DNA from: Amoebophrya sp. A120
Taxonomy: Eukaryota; Protista; Dinoflagellata
Length of the DNA stretch: 64,000 nucleotides
Direction: 5' to 3'
Assembly (NCBI GenBank): GCA_905178155.1
Contig: CAJINV010000005.1
Span: forward strand, 8,344,556 to 8,408,555
Below, piece by piece: positions 38,401 to 52,000 of the stretch. The position numbers and the translations under genes are program-made. The notes beneath the pieces were generated by a model, which did no database searches, was not told the DNA's origin, and worked only from the letters and a program-made list of their open reading frames with translations. How positions within the stretch are numbered: the stretch's first letter is position 1; every line of letters starts with the position of its first letter.

Positions 38401-41400
38401 CTAGGGCATGCATTACAGGCATCACGGGTTATGCAAAATATGCATGACAAACCTGGCAATCTTCCAGACCCAGACATTTTTGCATTTGATGAGGAGGTTT
38501 TCGGGGACAGGCAGGTCTCGCAATCCGAGGAGGAACTCGCGGACGGGATGTACCCCGCGGGGCACATATTGCAAGGAAAATTCCTCCCTCCCCATATAAT
38601 TGAAAGCGCATCCGGCTGAAAATTTGTGATGCAGATTTGTGACCACAAATCTTGCAAGAAGGCACGTTCAGGCTGTCCGCTACGTTATGCAGGCCATTCG
38701 TAATGCTGTAAGGCCTACAGGGTTCTTGCCGTCTACCATGCTAGGCGCCTACACCAAAAGGCCGCTGCCGCGGCTCAGGATCTGCGTGCCGTTCTCTACT
38801 GCAGCACAGATTTGATTTGTGTATCCAAATCCAGCATGAGAAGTTTCGCTTTGATATGGGGAGGGGGGATTTTTCCTTTTGATAGCACAGCATGATCGAC
38901 CGGTCCAGGGTGAATGTCGACGAAGACGATATCGGGACGGAGGCGAGGCTGCTGCCGAGCCAGGAGTTTGACGAGAATGAGATGAATCAATTGACGAACC
39001 AGCAGATGAATAAAGGTGCAGTTGTTCCTGGAGCAGGAGGTGCTGCGGGGCCCTCGCAAGGTTTGCAATTCAACGAATACAAGACAGGACAGAAGGTTCA
39101 ATTCGAGTACGTGCCTACAGGGCAGTCGATCGAGTTACCGCCTCTGGACATCCCCGGCCGCTCGCAGGAACGGGACCAGTACTTCAAAGACTTGGCTGCA
39201 ACGGGCGCTACTGCTTTGCAGTCGGCGGAACAGGAGGAGGAAGTAGGGGATAATACCAGAACCGGTGGCGGCGGCGAACATGTTCTGGCGCCACTGGTTG
39301 GTGCGGCGCTGGATCCTTTGCTGCAAATGCCACAGAATCAGCAGAGCCAACCGCTCATGGTCGTTGAAGAGTCACCGATTGATCTAAACAACCCCGCAGC
39401 TAAAGCCACTTCTCTCGTCGTGGATCCGAGTAAACAACCGGCTGCGGTTCCGATGGGTAAGCAGCCGATGGTGGTAGGGCAGAACACCAATCTACAGCAA
39501 GATTTGTCCTCGCAACCCCAGATGTTGACTACTGATGGTACTACCGCGGCAGGTGTTCTTGAAGCGGCGGTCGGGGGTTCAACTTTCAAACCGCAAAGCT
39601 CCTCTTTGGCAACCAGGCAGCCACCGCCACCACCCTTATCGCAGCCACGGAATATCATCGCGGGAGGAGGAGGTGGCGCTCCTGTGCAGCAGCAACAAAT
39701 TGGCGCAACTGGTGGTGGTGCACAACAACAACAGCCACAAGGGGACCAACAGCTACAAGCTACGGGCAAGGCAGGAATTGCGGTTTCGACCTTCACGACA
39801 CCACAAACCCAGCTCCCGCAACTGCACCATCCCATCCCGGAAAGACTTTCTCACCAGCTGCATCTCCCAACTGCAGCGGCGCAGATGATGCAGTTTGCAC
39901 AGCAACACAGTAATCAGCAGTACAGCCTGCATGTGCATCCGGATACGAATGCGAAGACCCTGCCAGTGGGTACTAGTATCGCGGGCGGCCTCGGACTGAA
40001 GGGCGGTGGTAGAACAACTTCTATAGGCCAACAACCCTTGTTGCACCAAGCGCAGCAGAACAGGTCTACCATCATCTCCGCGTCCTCGCCGGAGTTGTAT
40101 GCGAGTATCAACCAAAAGGGCTCCGAAACGCCGCGGTTGGGGAAGAACGACAGTCACTTCGGGATGCGGAGTCCGGTGGACAGGTTGATGGAAGTGTCGG
40201 AAGAGCAGGGCTACGCGCAGGACGACTCGATCTTACTGTCTCCTTTAAGGCAGTACCGCGAGCCCGTGACCTTGGCCGGTGCAGCTGCTGGGGGTTTGGC
40301 GGCGAGTGCCAACATGGGCGTTTCGATGAGTTCGGGCGCGGGCGGGGGGAAGGGTGGATTCGACCTACCACCCTCGCAACAGCTCCAACAGCTGCAGCAG
40401 CAGCCTGGTCAGCCTGTGCCGCAGTTCACTGTTGCGCACCAGGGACTACAGCAGGGCCACCTACAGCAGGGGTTAGCACCAGCACCGCAGCAACAACAGC
40501 AATTCTCTTCACCCTTGCAGCAGCCCCAGCAAACGCAGCAGCAAATGGCCTCACCAGTTGCAGTTCCAGTTGGTTCCTCGCAGCAGCAGGCTTCCCCGCC
40601 CGCAAGTCAGCCTCCAGGTTCTGGTCCGCCAGATCAGGCTAACATCAGTGCAGCTTCGCCCCCTTTGAGCGCGCAGCAACAGCAGCAACAATCAACGACC
40701 CAGCAAACGGCATCGACTCTACTAGTACCCCCGCTGGCGCTGCATCAGGCCGCGCTGCAACAGAACAGTGACGGCTCGAGCGCGCTCCCTTCGACGCCTG
40801 ATTTCCATCGCGCGGTTGCTGGGATTGAGCAACAGCAACAGTTTGTGCAGGATGCGTACGCGCAACAGCAACAGGGTATGAGCGGGTCTTATGGTGGGCA
40901 GCATCACCACCACATTGCAAATCAACAGCTCGGCGGGATCACTTTCAGCGCACCGGCGCAAATATCGAAGCAGGGAAGTGCAGCTACATCCGCCTCCGCG
41001 CATCATCAGCAGATGGTCACGTTGCAACAAGCGAGCGGAGGGGGAAATTATCAAAATGCGGGGCCGGTGGAATTTTCCATGAATGTGGTAGAGCAGGATT
41101 GGAACACTAGCAGTGCTTCCGGTGCTCCTGTGCAGCAGCAACAATTCGTGCAGCAGCAGTACAATGCTCAACAACCTGGTGTTGACCAAACTGGTTCCTA
41201 CGCCAGTGGTCCTGTGGCTACGCAACAGCAGGTGCCGTCTCAGCAGCTGCAAGCGGGGGCTCCCCAGTGGACCACATCTTCACAGCAAGTGCAGCAACAG
41301 CAACAAGCACAGCCGCAAGTTCAACCGCAACAGCTCGCCCCCGCTATCCACATTCCGCAACCGCCGCAGCAGCAGCAGCAACCCCAGATAAACTCGCAAC

Positions 41401-44400
41401 AACACACCACCCCAACGGCAACCACTCCGGTCGTCGTGATCACGCCTCCGTTATGCAGTGCAAAAATGTTTGGGTCTGGAAGGATGCAAGCTTTGTCATG
41501 CTTGTCTGGCATGACTGAAGAGTTTTTGATGCGTGTCCAAGAAGAGACCCTTTTACTTGTCATGCAAAAACGCAGTTTGTCATGCGGAAAGCGCAACACT
41601 AAGCAGCGCATATATTTCTCATGCTTGGCTGCGCATTACAGAGCGTTCATTATTCCCAACCCAGCATTAAAAGTTTGCAGACCCAGACATATTTGCTATT
41701 GATACCCGTCAAATTCGAATCAATCGAGTTCGAATAATTCTGTTGTGACGCCGAGTGGAATATGCATTGCAGATATGTCTGGATCTGGAAGAATGCAACT
41801 TGTGATGCTGCGTTTGGATTCCAAAAAGATCTGTATTGCATGAGCAGCAAACGGCATGTGAATTTTGCTACACGGAGAGGGAATTTGTCATGCGGAATAG
41901 GCATCAACAAGCCCTCAAAAAATCTGTGATGCTAAGTAAGTAGGGCATGCGTCACAGCCATCGCGGCTCATGCAAAACGTGCATGACAGGTCTCAGAATC
42001 TTCCATGCCCAGACATGTTTGCATTTGATATGGAAGTGTCTCTGTGGCTGCGGTGACGCCAGGAACTGTGGGAGGAGGTGGAACAAATAACAACCAAGGT
42101 GCAGGAGCGGCTGTTCTACCTGGTGGTAGTGTCAGTGGCGCGTCCAGTGTTGCGGGCAGCAGCACAGTGAATGCGCCGGCGACACCTTATACACCGGTCG
42201 AACAAGGTCAGCTTGGGCAGCAGCAGGAGTTGCAGCAGCACCAGCCGGGTAGTGGTGTTGGTGGTCCACAACTTGCGAGCGCGGAACAGCAGCAGGCTCA
42301 TCTCGTGTTCCGGCAACAAAACCTAAACCAGCGCCGTCCGCCGACGCCCACGAAGCTACAAGAATCTTCTGCTCCGCAGAACAACCTCCAGCTGCTAGGA
42401 GATATTAAACAGCCCGAAGCGAGCGCGAACAACAAAATCCCCGCCGAATCGGTCATTTCGATCCGCCGAGTCCCGAACGGGGAGAAGAGAGTGTTGAAAA
42501 CAAAAATTCAACAGGACAGAGACTCCGAATCGCAGCGGTTGCAAGACAGTACCGATCCGAATTTCAACATCAAGAAGGAGATTTTCACCCGGATGGAAAA
42601 CCGGTTTAAACAGATCTTCAGCAGTTGCAAAAAACAGCTGCACGAACTGCGGTTGAAAATCGGGACGACGAGGTTTGAAATCGAGATTTCCAACCACAAC
42701 GAGAACTTTTTCCAGAAGTACTACTGCGACTACATTCACGCAGACGGGTATCCGAAGCAATTCGCGTGTGAATTGTTTGACAAGGCGGGATTGGATTTTC
42801 ACTCTACTACGGGCAGTGACAGCAGTACACCGGAAAATAGTGACGGGGTTGCTACTGGTGGTGCAGCTTCTGCTACAAGTCCGGAAAATGTGAACCATCT
42901 GGGCGGACGAAATTCGTCCTCCTCATCCTCTTTTCCGACGTTCCGGTCAATTACAAAAAAAATCACAAAGGAATTGCTATGAAATGCGAATATGTCTGGG
43001 TCTTGAAGATTGCCAGGTTTGTGATGCATATTTTTCATGACCCATGATGTCTGTAATGCATGACCTAGCATCGCAGACTTTTAGAGGGCTTCCTGATGCA
43101 CCTTCCGCATGAGAAATGCCCTGTCTGTGTAGCACAAATTGTGCCCCTCTTGCTGGTCATGCAATACGAATTTTTAGAGTCCAATAACAGCATGACAAGT
43201 TGCAATCTTCCAGACCCAGACATATTTGCATTTGATAATTGCTCGAGCACTGCAAGATCATCGTCGACGAAGAGATCGCTAGGGTAGAGGTCGAGCTGGT
43301 TGGCATCGAGCTCTTCGAGTGGGAAAACACGAATATGGACAAGGAACTCATGGAATCCCTCATCGGACTTGCGCGGGAGACGGTGAAGGAAGTTTTACTA
43401 GAAGTGAAAGACCGGGAAAACGGGGCGAATCTAGTCGAATTGCTGGAGGGGCATGGCAGGTATTTGGACGATGCGGATTTGGAGGAACTGACGGTCGCGG
43501 AAACCAATACGGCTTCGGTTGTGGAGGAAAGGACGGTTGTCGAAGTAGAAGGGAGAGGAGGACTGCATAGACAACCGGGACTGCCGCAGGAGCAAGAGCA
43601 GCGACTCGCAGCTCCACTTTCTCCCCAGCCACATGCAGCAACCTCTGCAACCCCACCCCCACTAGCTTCGCAAGTGGACCCGGCGACGACTTATCAGCCT
43701 GGATACAACGAGGGGCAACCAGTGACGAACCTGGACAACACAAACTCGAATATCAGCACGACGACACGAACGCGGAGTCAGCAGAATGTCGGGCAAAGCA
43801 GTTCGACGCAGACCACACCAAACGACACGACAATTCCACGGTACGCAGATCTGAGCAGCTATTTGAGGGACCAGGGAGGCGGGGTGCCAGTTGGGCCTGC
43901 AGCTGGGACAACCACCGTCATTGCTCCTCCAGCACCGGGGCAATTACAAGCTGCACAGCCGAGTGCTTTGTATGCTGCAGACGTCAGCAACTACACTGGC
44001 ACGGGCACTTCAGGGGGTTCTGTAGTGATCCCAGTGAGAGGAGAGTCGATTGTAGCTCCTCCTGCGACCATGTTGACTACAGCACAAGATACAACTGGAG
44101 GTCAGCAACAACAGCAGCATCCACAGCAACTTCCGTCCACTCCACCAGAAAACTTCACATCTGGAACGACTTTTTCCGCCGGGAGTGCGACGATTCCGCA
44201 GCTTGCGCATGCGTCGCAAAGTGTCGTCGGACAAGGTGGGTTATTTATTTCCGCGACCACGGCAACTGCGACGACCGCCAGTACTAATCAAACGCAAACG
44301 CAGCAGGCCGCTTTGGCAACTACCGGAATTAATTTCAGTAGCAGTGGTGCACCAGCTGGAGCAGCTCCCGGCGCATTGAATCAACAGCAAGTCCTGGCCG

Positions 44401-45994
44401 CACAGCATCAGCAGACAACTGCGAGCGCCAATGCAAGTGGAAACACGAACAACATGACTAACACGAGCACTTGGTCGCCGGAAATGATGCCGCAATTGCC
44501 ACCAATGGGTCTGTATGCATTGCAAAAGTAACGTACTAGTATAAATTGCATTACAAATTTGGTCAAGAAGAAAGTGGGATTTGTAATGCTGTTTTACCTT
44601 TGGAGGAAGATTTGTCGTGCATATCTGAAATTACTACGAGTGCGATAATTTTGCATTTCATAGTCTGATCCCTACCTCCGCCACGGCGCCGCAAATTCCC
44701 ACTTCTGGGATCTCCGAACGAAGAGACAGCACAACCTGGGACCTACAAAACCAGTCGCAGAGTCAGGTGCTGCGGGAGATGAACGATGTCACGACGTATC
44801 CGCAAGAGATGCTGCAAAACAATGCGGGCACGATTCCCCCGAACAATGGAGGTGCAGCTGGGAAGGGCCGGGCGGGACTGAGTGAGGTTCTGTTCAGTGT
44901 TCAAGGGCAGCAGCAGCTGCAACCCCAACAACCGCAACAACCGCACCAGGCTCCTCTAATCCAACCAGCGCCGGCTCCGAGGGACACACAAGCTACTCAT
45001 ACGATGAGCGACGGTACTTCGGTTCGTATCAACTGCAAAAATGTCTGGGTCTGGAAACTTGTAATGCTGCGTTGGGAATAGTGAATGCTCTGTAATGCAG
45101 CGGCAAGCATGAGAAATATCTGCGCTTCTTTTTGTTGCGTTTTTCGCATGACAAACTGCGTTTTTGCATGACAGGCAAAAGGGCCTCGTCTTGGACACGC
45201 ATCACAAACTTTTTGGTCATGCCAGACAAGCATGACAAGTCTCGAAATCTTTCAGACCCAGAGATTTTTGCAATCCATAGTTCGTAACACGACTCCAGCG
45301 GGCAGTCCGGCGATTCATGCGCAGGATGTCCCGGTAGATGTCCACGTTCTGCAGCAGGTCGCGTCTTATGCGTTGCAAATATGTTTGGGTCTGGAAGAAT
45401 GCAGGAGTTTGTCATGCAGATTTTGCATGACCCATAGGATCTGTGATGCATGCCTTAGCACCAGAGATTCTGCGACGGCTTTCTGATGCTCTTACCGCAT
45501 GAGAAATGCCCTCTCCGCATAGCAAAAATTGGACCTCTTTTGCTGTTCATGCAATACAGATTTATTGTACAAGCCAAAGCCAGCATCACAAGCTGCATCC
45601 TATCAGACCCAGACATATTTGCAGTTGATACGTCCGCGGGGTCTTTATCCTGGTCGGTCAGTTCCCCTGGTTTGCCACCGCTGAGCGGGGGAGGTGGTCC
45701 TTCGGGAGGGTACGGTTCGGGCGGTGCTGTGGGCGAGCTGTATGGAGGACAAGCGGGGGGATCGTCGTCTTTGGGCAGCTTGGGAACTACAAATAACGCA
45801 GGAGGAAGTTCTTTTGCGGGAATGCAGCAGCAGCAGCAGCAGGGTGCTAGTTTTGGTTCTGCGCAGCAGCAACATCTGCAGGTTCCGCAACAGCAGTACG
45901 GGGCCGGTGTGCAGCCACAGCAGCAGATTACTACACCGCAGCAGCAGCAACAAGGGCAACAAGTGGTGCAGCAGTCCTCACAGGCGGTAGCTGT

Positions 45995-46033
<39 letters not shown>

Positions 46034-49000
46034 GGACTACACGTCACAGATTCAGTACCAGCAGCCCCCGGGGCAGCCGCAGCAGCAGCAGCAGCTGGAG
46101 CAGCGTCAGCAGGAGACCGTACAGTCAAGGCAGGTTACGCCCGAGCAAGTGGTCCAAGGACGGCAAATCACGCCAGAGCAGCAGCAGCAAAATGTTCAGT
46201 CGAGGCAGGTTACGCCAGAACAAGGTACTACTACGGAGCCGACGAGAGAACAAACGCAGCAGATGGCTGCATTGGCGGCTCAGCAGCAACAGCAAGTTGT
46301 GCAGCCGTTTGTTTATCAGCAGCAGGGGCAGCAGCAGCAGCAGCAAGCCCAAGCACAGCAGCAACAGATCGGGGGGCAACTGCAGCAGGAGCAGCAGTAC
46401 GTGCAGCAGCAAAACGTGGGTCAGCAGCAGTATGCACCGCAACAGCAGGGACAACAGCAGCAGCAGCAGGGGCAGTCTGCCCCGCCCATGCAGCAGCAAG
46501 TCCAATACCAATCGGCTGTTCAGGCACAACAGCATCAGCAACAGGCGCAGGTTCCGCAGCAGCCACTGTATGCTCAGCAACATGCTCAGGAGCAATTGCA
46601 GCGGAAGCAGCAGGCACAAGCTTCCGCTCAACAACAAGCGTATGATTCTGCGTTGCAGCAGCAACAACAGCAGCAAACGCAAGCTGCGCCGCAGCACCAG
46701 GTGCAACAGCAAGCACAGCAGCAACAGATTTATGCGCAGCAGCAGCAGCCATTTGACCAGCAGATGCAAATGCAGCAACAGGAACATCAGCTTCGGGCAT
46801 CTATGCATGGTCAAGCACACCACCCCGCACAAGGAGGTTCACAGCCACCACAGTTTGTGCAATCCCAATACCAGGAGCAGCAGCAGCAGTATGCGCAGGC
46901 ACAGCAGGCACTTCAGGCAGCTCCGCAGCAAGTGCAGTACGCGCCGCCGGGGCAGGAACAGCAGACTCCCGCGCAATCCCAGCAGCAATACACACCGCAG
47001 CAGGCACAGCAACAGCAATATGCTCAGCCGCAGCAACAGTTACAGTATACACTGCCGCAGCAGCAGCAGGTGCAATATGCACAGCCGCAGCAATATGCGC
47101 CGCCCCAGCCGCAGCAGTATGTCGCACAGCCGCACCAGCAGCAATACCAAGCACCTCCGTCCTCGCAGACACAGCAACAGTACGTTGCTCCAGCGCAGCA
47201 GCAACAGCAGTTGTACGCGCAACAAGGAGAACAAGCGGCGTATCAGCCGCAGAAAGTTGTTGCGGCACAGCAGGAGATTCCTGTTTCGCAACAGCCAGCG
47301 CAGTTGCAGCAACAACTACCCGCTGGCGGGCAGCCGCGTCAGGAGCTGCAGGGAACTAGTACAACTTCTTCCCAAATGTCGCAACCGTTGCAGTTGCCGC
47401 AGCAGGGTGGATTAGGACAGGCTTCTCAACAACCGCAGTATCAGCAGGGGGTCTACATGTCACCCGCGCACCAGGGACACCAGCAACAGATGGTCTCGCC
47501 CGGGCCTGGTACAACGCAGCAGGGAATTCAGCAGCAAGGAATGGCGCAACAGCAGCAAGCGCAGCAACCAGGGGTGATGTCTCCCGGGCCGCCGGTTCAG
47601 CAGCAGGCAAGTAGCGCGCAACAGAAGCTCGAGGTATTAACGGCTCAGCAGCAGCAGCAGCAGCCGGCTGCTCCGCAACACGACCCTGTGCAGCTGCAGG
47701 CCCAGCAACGGCAGTATCTGCAGCAACAGGAGCAGCAAGCCGCGGGAATTCTGTCACCGGGCCCGCCAACGGCCTCTCCCGTGCAGCCGCAATCAGAACA
47801 AATGATGCAGCAGTTGTCGCAGAAGCAGGTCTCGCAGCAGCAACAGCCACAGCCCGCGCCGCAGCCAACGCAAGTGCAGCAGTCGCAGCAGCAGCAAGCA
47901 CAGGTCTATCAACAGCAATATCACCAGCCGCCGCAGCAGCAGCAGGCCGCGGCGTACAATCAGCAGCAGCAGCAGTCGCAGCAACAGCAGCCCTCTCCCG
48001 CGCCCGCTGCGCAGCAACAGCAGCAGTTCGCTTCCTCGCCGGCAGTCGTTCCAGTGCAGCAGCTGCAAGCGACGCACAGCTACCACAGTACCGAAACCAT
48101 GAGCCCCGCGCACGACCACAGCTTTTCGGAAGTTCTGCCTCAGCAGGGCAGCGTGGATGTAGTGCAGCAGCAGCAGCAGCAGCAGGAGCAGCAACCATTG
48201 AGTAGACAACATGCGTCGTCCCAAATGTCTGTTGGCAGCAACGCCCAGGAACAAGCTACCAGTAGATTAACGCAGCAGTCGACATCCGCTCCGCAGATAC
48301 AACAACAGCCGGGTACTGGGGGTCATGCGGTAGTCGCGGACAGCACGTCTACTTCAACATCTGCTGCTCCTGCGCCGGAGATTCGTGTGTCGCCACCAAG
48401 TCCAACGACAGGCGCCGGGCCAATCGGCGGGACGAGTGCACCTGGAGCTGCTGCTGCTGGTATGAGTCAACAGGAGCAGCAGCAGCAGCAAATACCAGGT
48501 CTGCCAGGTGGACCTCCTGTGCAACAAGCTACTGTTTCAACATCGCAAAATATCAACCAGAACAATCAGAATCTGAACCAGGCGCCCCAAAATCTCTCCG
48601 TTTCCCTATCCAACACTTTTCTCGCTTCCACTTCCTCCCTGTCCTCGATAGCCAGCGCAAATTCACCGCAGATCATCCTGCATGGTAGCAGTAGCAGTAT
48701 TTTGGGTGTGGGGGTGCAGCAGCAGCAGCAAGCGCAGCAGCAGCAAGTCGCTTCGCAGGACCACCAGCAACCTACAACGGGTCAAGCACACGGATCTATT
48801 GCTGGTAGCACCTCCTCCGGTGTGGGCGCGTTTGGTGCTGTTGTGTCAACCTCTGCCGTTTCGTCGGGAACCACTGCTCCCGGCGCACCCTCACCCCAAC
48901 AAGAACAGCCGTTCCATCAAGCAGCTTCTTATCCACCCAATCAGCAGCACCAAAATCTGCAAAGTCAGATCCAGCACCCTTCTCAACTTGACCCACAAAC

Positions 49001-52000
49001 GGACAACTTTACGTATCCCGCAGTCCAGCAAACACAGCAAGCACTACTACCCCAACAGCAGCAACCACAGCAGCCTTTACCCCCCCAACAAGCGACACCA
49101 GCGACGCAGCCAGCAGTATCTTCACAACAAGAGCAACCTTTGCAGCAAACTGTGCAACAGGGCGGTGGTCAACATCAGCAGCAGCAATTTGTTGAAGACC
49201 AAACAGCTGCCCCGCAGCAGCCCCAGCCCCGGCGACCGCCGCCGGCCTTTGCGAACCGGCTATCGGCCGTGCCGGAGGTGGAGACGCCGTGTGAGACACC
49301 GGTCCCCAGTTCGACGCTTTCGGGGAGGGATTCGGCGTATACGGAATTAGCAGGAGTACCAAATGGGCAACTACAACAACCGCAGGGAACCACAATGATG
49401 AACAGCACGACCTCCAGCATGATTCCGCATTACGCACACGACCCCAGCCAGACGCTTGATGCAAATCTACCGAGCATGACCGGTAGCCTGCAGTTCAGCA
49501 GTAGCACGAGTTCAATAGCAGAACAGCATCAGACTGTTGCTGTGCCTGCACCTGCTCAAGGTCAAGTGCAGCAGCATTCCACGGCAGGCGTTGGTCACCA
49601 ATCATCGGCGCCGCAGGAGGCTCCTTCCTTTGCCCAGCAGCAGAGTGGCGATGCGTTTTCATCTGGACTTATTCCCGCAGGAGCTCCGCAGAGTGGCGGG
49701 GCGAGTTCGTCAGCAAGCGTTGTTCCTCAGCAACCGAACGCCTCGTCTTCTGGGTCGATTTTGACGACGCCGCCCCTCTCTGGTACAACTACTATTAGCT
49801 GCCAAGTAGGTGGCACAGCTTCGGTGCCGCAATCACAGCAACAGCCGCAATCCTCTAGTGTCCAGCTCTCTACTTCCAGCGCAGACGTACAAGCGTCGTC
49901 ACAGCCCATATCGGCGACTGCAGGAAGAGCAGCTCAAGGGACGATGTTGGGCCAGAATGTGAATAACAGCCAAGGGTCCTCGTTGGCAGTAGTACAGGTT
50001 CCACAGCCAACATCTACCTTCGACCAAACGCCTCTTTCGACACCGCAGGTGCAGGCGATTGAGGGAACGTCGAATAGCAACACGCTGAACAACACAACGC
50101 CCTTGTCTGCGACGACGATTTCTCCGATGGTACCCGTGGACCGAACGTTGTCAGCGCAGTCCGGGTCGAGCTCGCGGCAGGGTGGAACTTTTACCGGAGT
50201 TGCGGGGGCGCAACCGCCGCAACAGCAGCAACTGCAGCAGCAGCCCGGTGGTCCGCAGCCGCCGCAGAACATCAGCCCAGCTCCGATGGTCACCAGTAGT
50301 ACAACTAGGGCCACTCTTAATACCGGAACCCCCGTTGGCCAGAGCCGCCCAGCTTTGGTCGGGAGTGTGGTGACGGGCAGCACTATGGAAGTTGTAGAGC
50401 AAGAGACGACTGGAAGCACTCCTAGTTTGGTTCCGATGGCGACGTATCACCAGCAGCAGCAGCAACAAGGTACGCCACAGACGCCACCGGTCCAGCCGCA
50501 ACAGCAGCATCTGCAGCAAGGCGGTGCTATGCAGCAACACCAGCAGCATGATCCTGCGCAGGTCATGCAGCATTCTCCAGTGTTGCAGCAGCAGTCTGTG
50601 CCTTTTGATAGTGTTCCACCTCGTCCTCTCGTGGCGGAAGTGCAGCAACAAATGGGTGTGGTCGCACCTCCACTGCAGATGACGCAGACAGGATCTACAG
50701 CGCAATTTGTTCCAGGACCATCGGAAGTGCAACAGCACCAGCAGCAATCGCAGCGCCAGCACCTGCAACCGGCTGTTCCTATAACAGCTCAGCAACAGCC
50801 GGGGGCGGGTTCTGTGCATGCAGCTGATGCGTCAGCAGGTCCGCCGCCGCCACAGTGGCAGCAGCAGACAGCAAACAGTGCGCCGCCGCATAGCTTCATA
50901 AATAATGTGGATGCAGTCCCGCGGCAAACCTCTACTTCAACACCTCCAAAACCACCCGTGCCACCAATAGTACAACAGAAGCCGATGTCGATCGGGGGAC
51001 ATCAAATGCAAACACAGGCCGGGCAACAAGGCACCCCAAAATCTGCCACCGGCACACCGCCGCTCCCTGGACAAGAACCCGCACTGTCCCTGTTGCAGCG
51101 GCAAGCACAACTAGACCAGCAGCGGGGGCAACACACGGTATTCCCTCACCCCTTTTCGACGCAGCCGATCGTCTCTACGCCGCCGCCGCGGATGGACAAA
51201 ATTTCCACTACCTCGCCACTGCCGGGACAACAACAACAGCAACAGGGTGGTTCTGGGGATGCTGATGCAGTGCCGCAACCTGGTGTTCTTGCACCTGGTC
51301 CGCAACTATTGCCCACCGGGACCGACTCTGCAGATCGAAATCTAGCAAACCACGCATTACGACACCAGTATGCCAGTATGTCCTCGGTGTCCAGTTCTTC
51401 CTCCATCGTTGGAGGCGGAGCGGCCTCGAACCGGCCAAGTGGTGTGATGGATGGGAATGTTGTTCCTGTGCCGGCACCAACAACTGGAGTAGACCACAGC
51501 AGTGCAAATTTGGTCGCGGGGAGTACTACACACTTGAACACCGCTAATACCAACCTCTACACCTTCCAGCCATCCTTTGCGGACAGGAATTTAGCGGAGC
51601 ACCTGCTTACCGCCGGGGGAGGTGCAGCAGGCTCTGTTCCTCCAGACACGATCAATACAATGCCCCTCCAGCGCGAAACGAGCATGACCAACAGAAGCAA
51701 TATCCCTTCCCAATCCAACTCCGCTTCTGCGTCTGCCCAAGCGTCAGAGAATGAGAAAAACATAGAAAACCGCATGTACTTGAATAAAACTTCCTTGCAG
51801 CGGGAAAAAACTTCGGAGGAGATTTCCGGCGAGATGTTGAGCAACATGTTCGAATCCGCTTTACGACAGCACGCACAAAACGGGAATTCGGTGTACAAAA
51901 ATGTCACGACCACACCGCCGCCGGCGCAAAGTAGTAGTTCATCTTCGACGCAGGGAGTTCTTGCAGTGGCTTCGGGGGGTGGTGGTGCTACTTCTAGTAA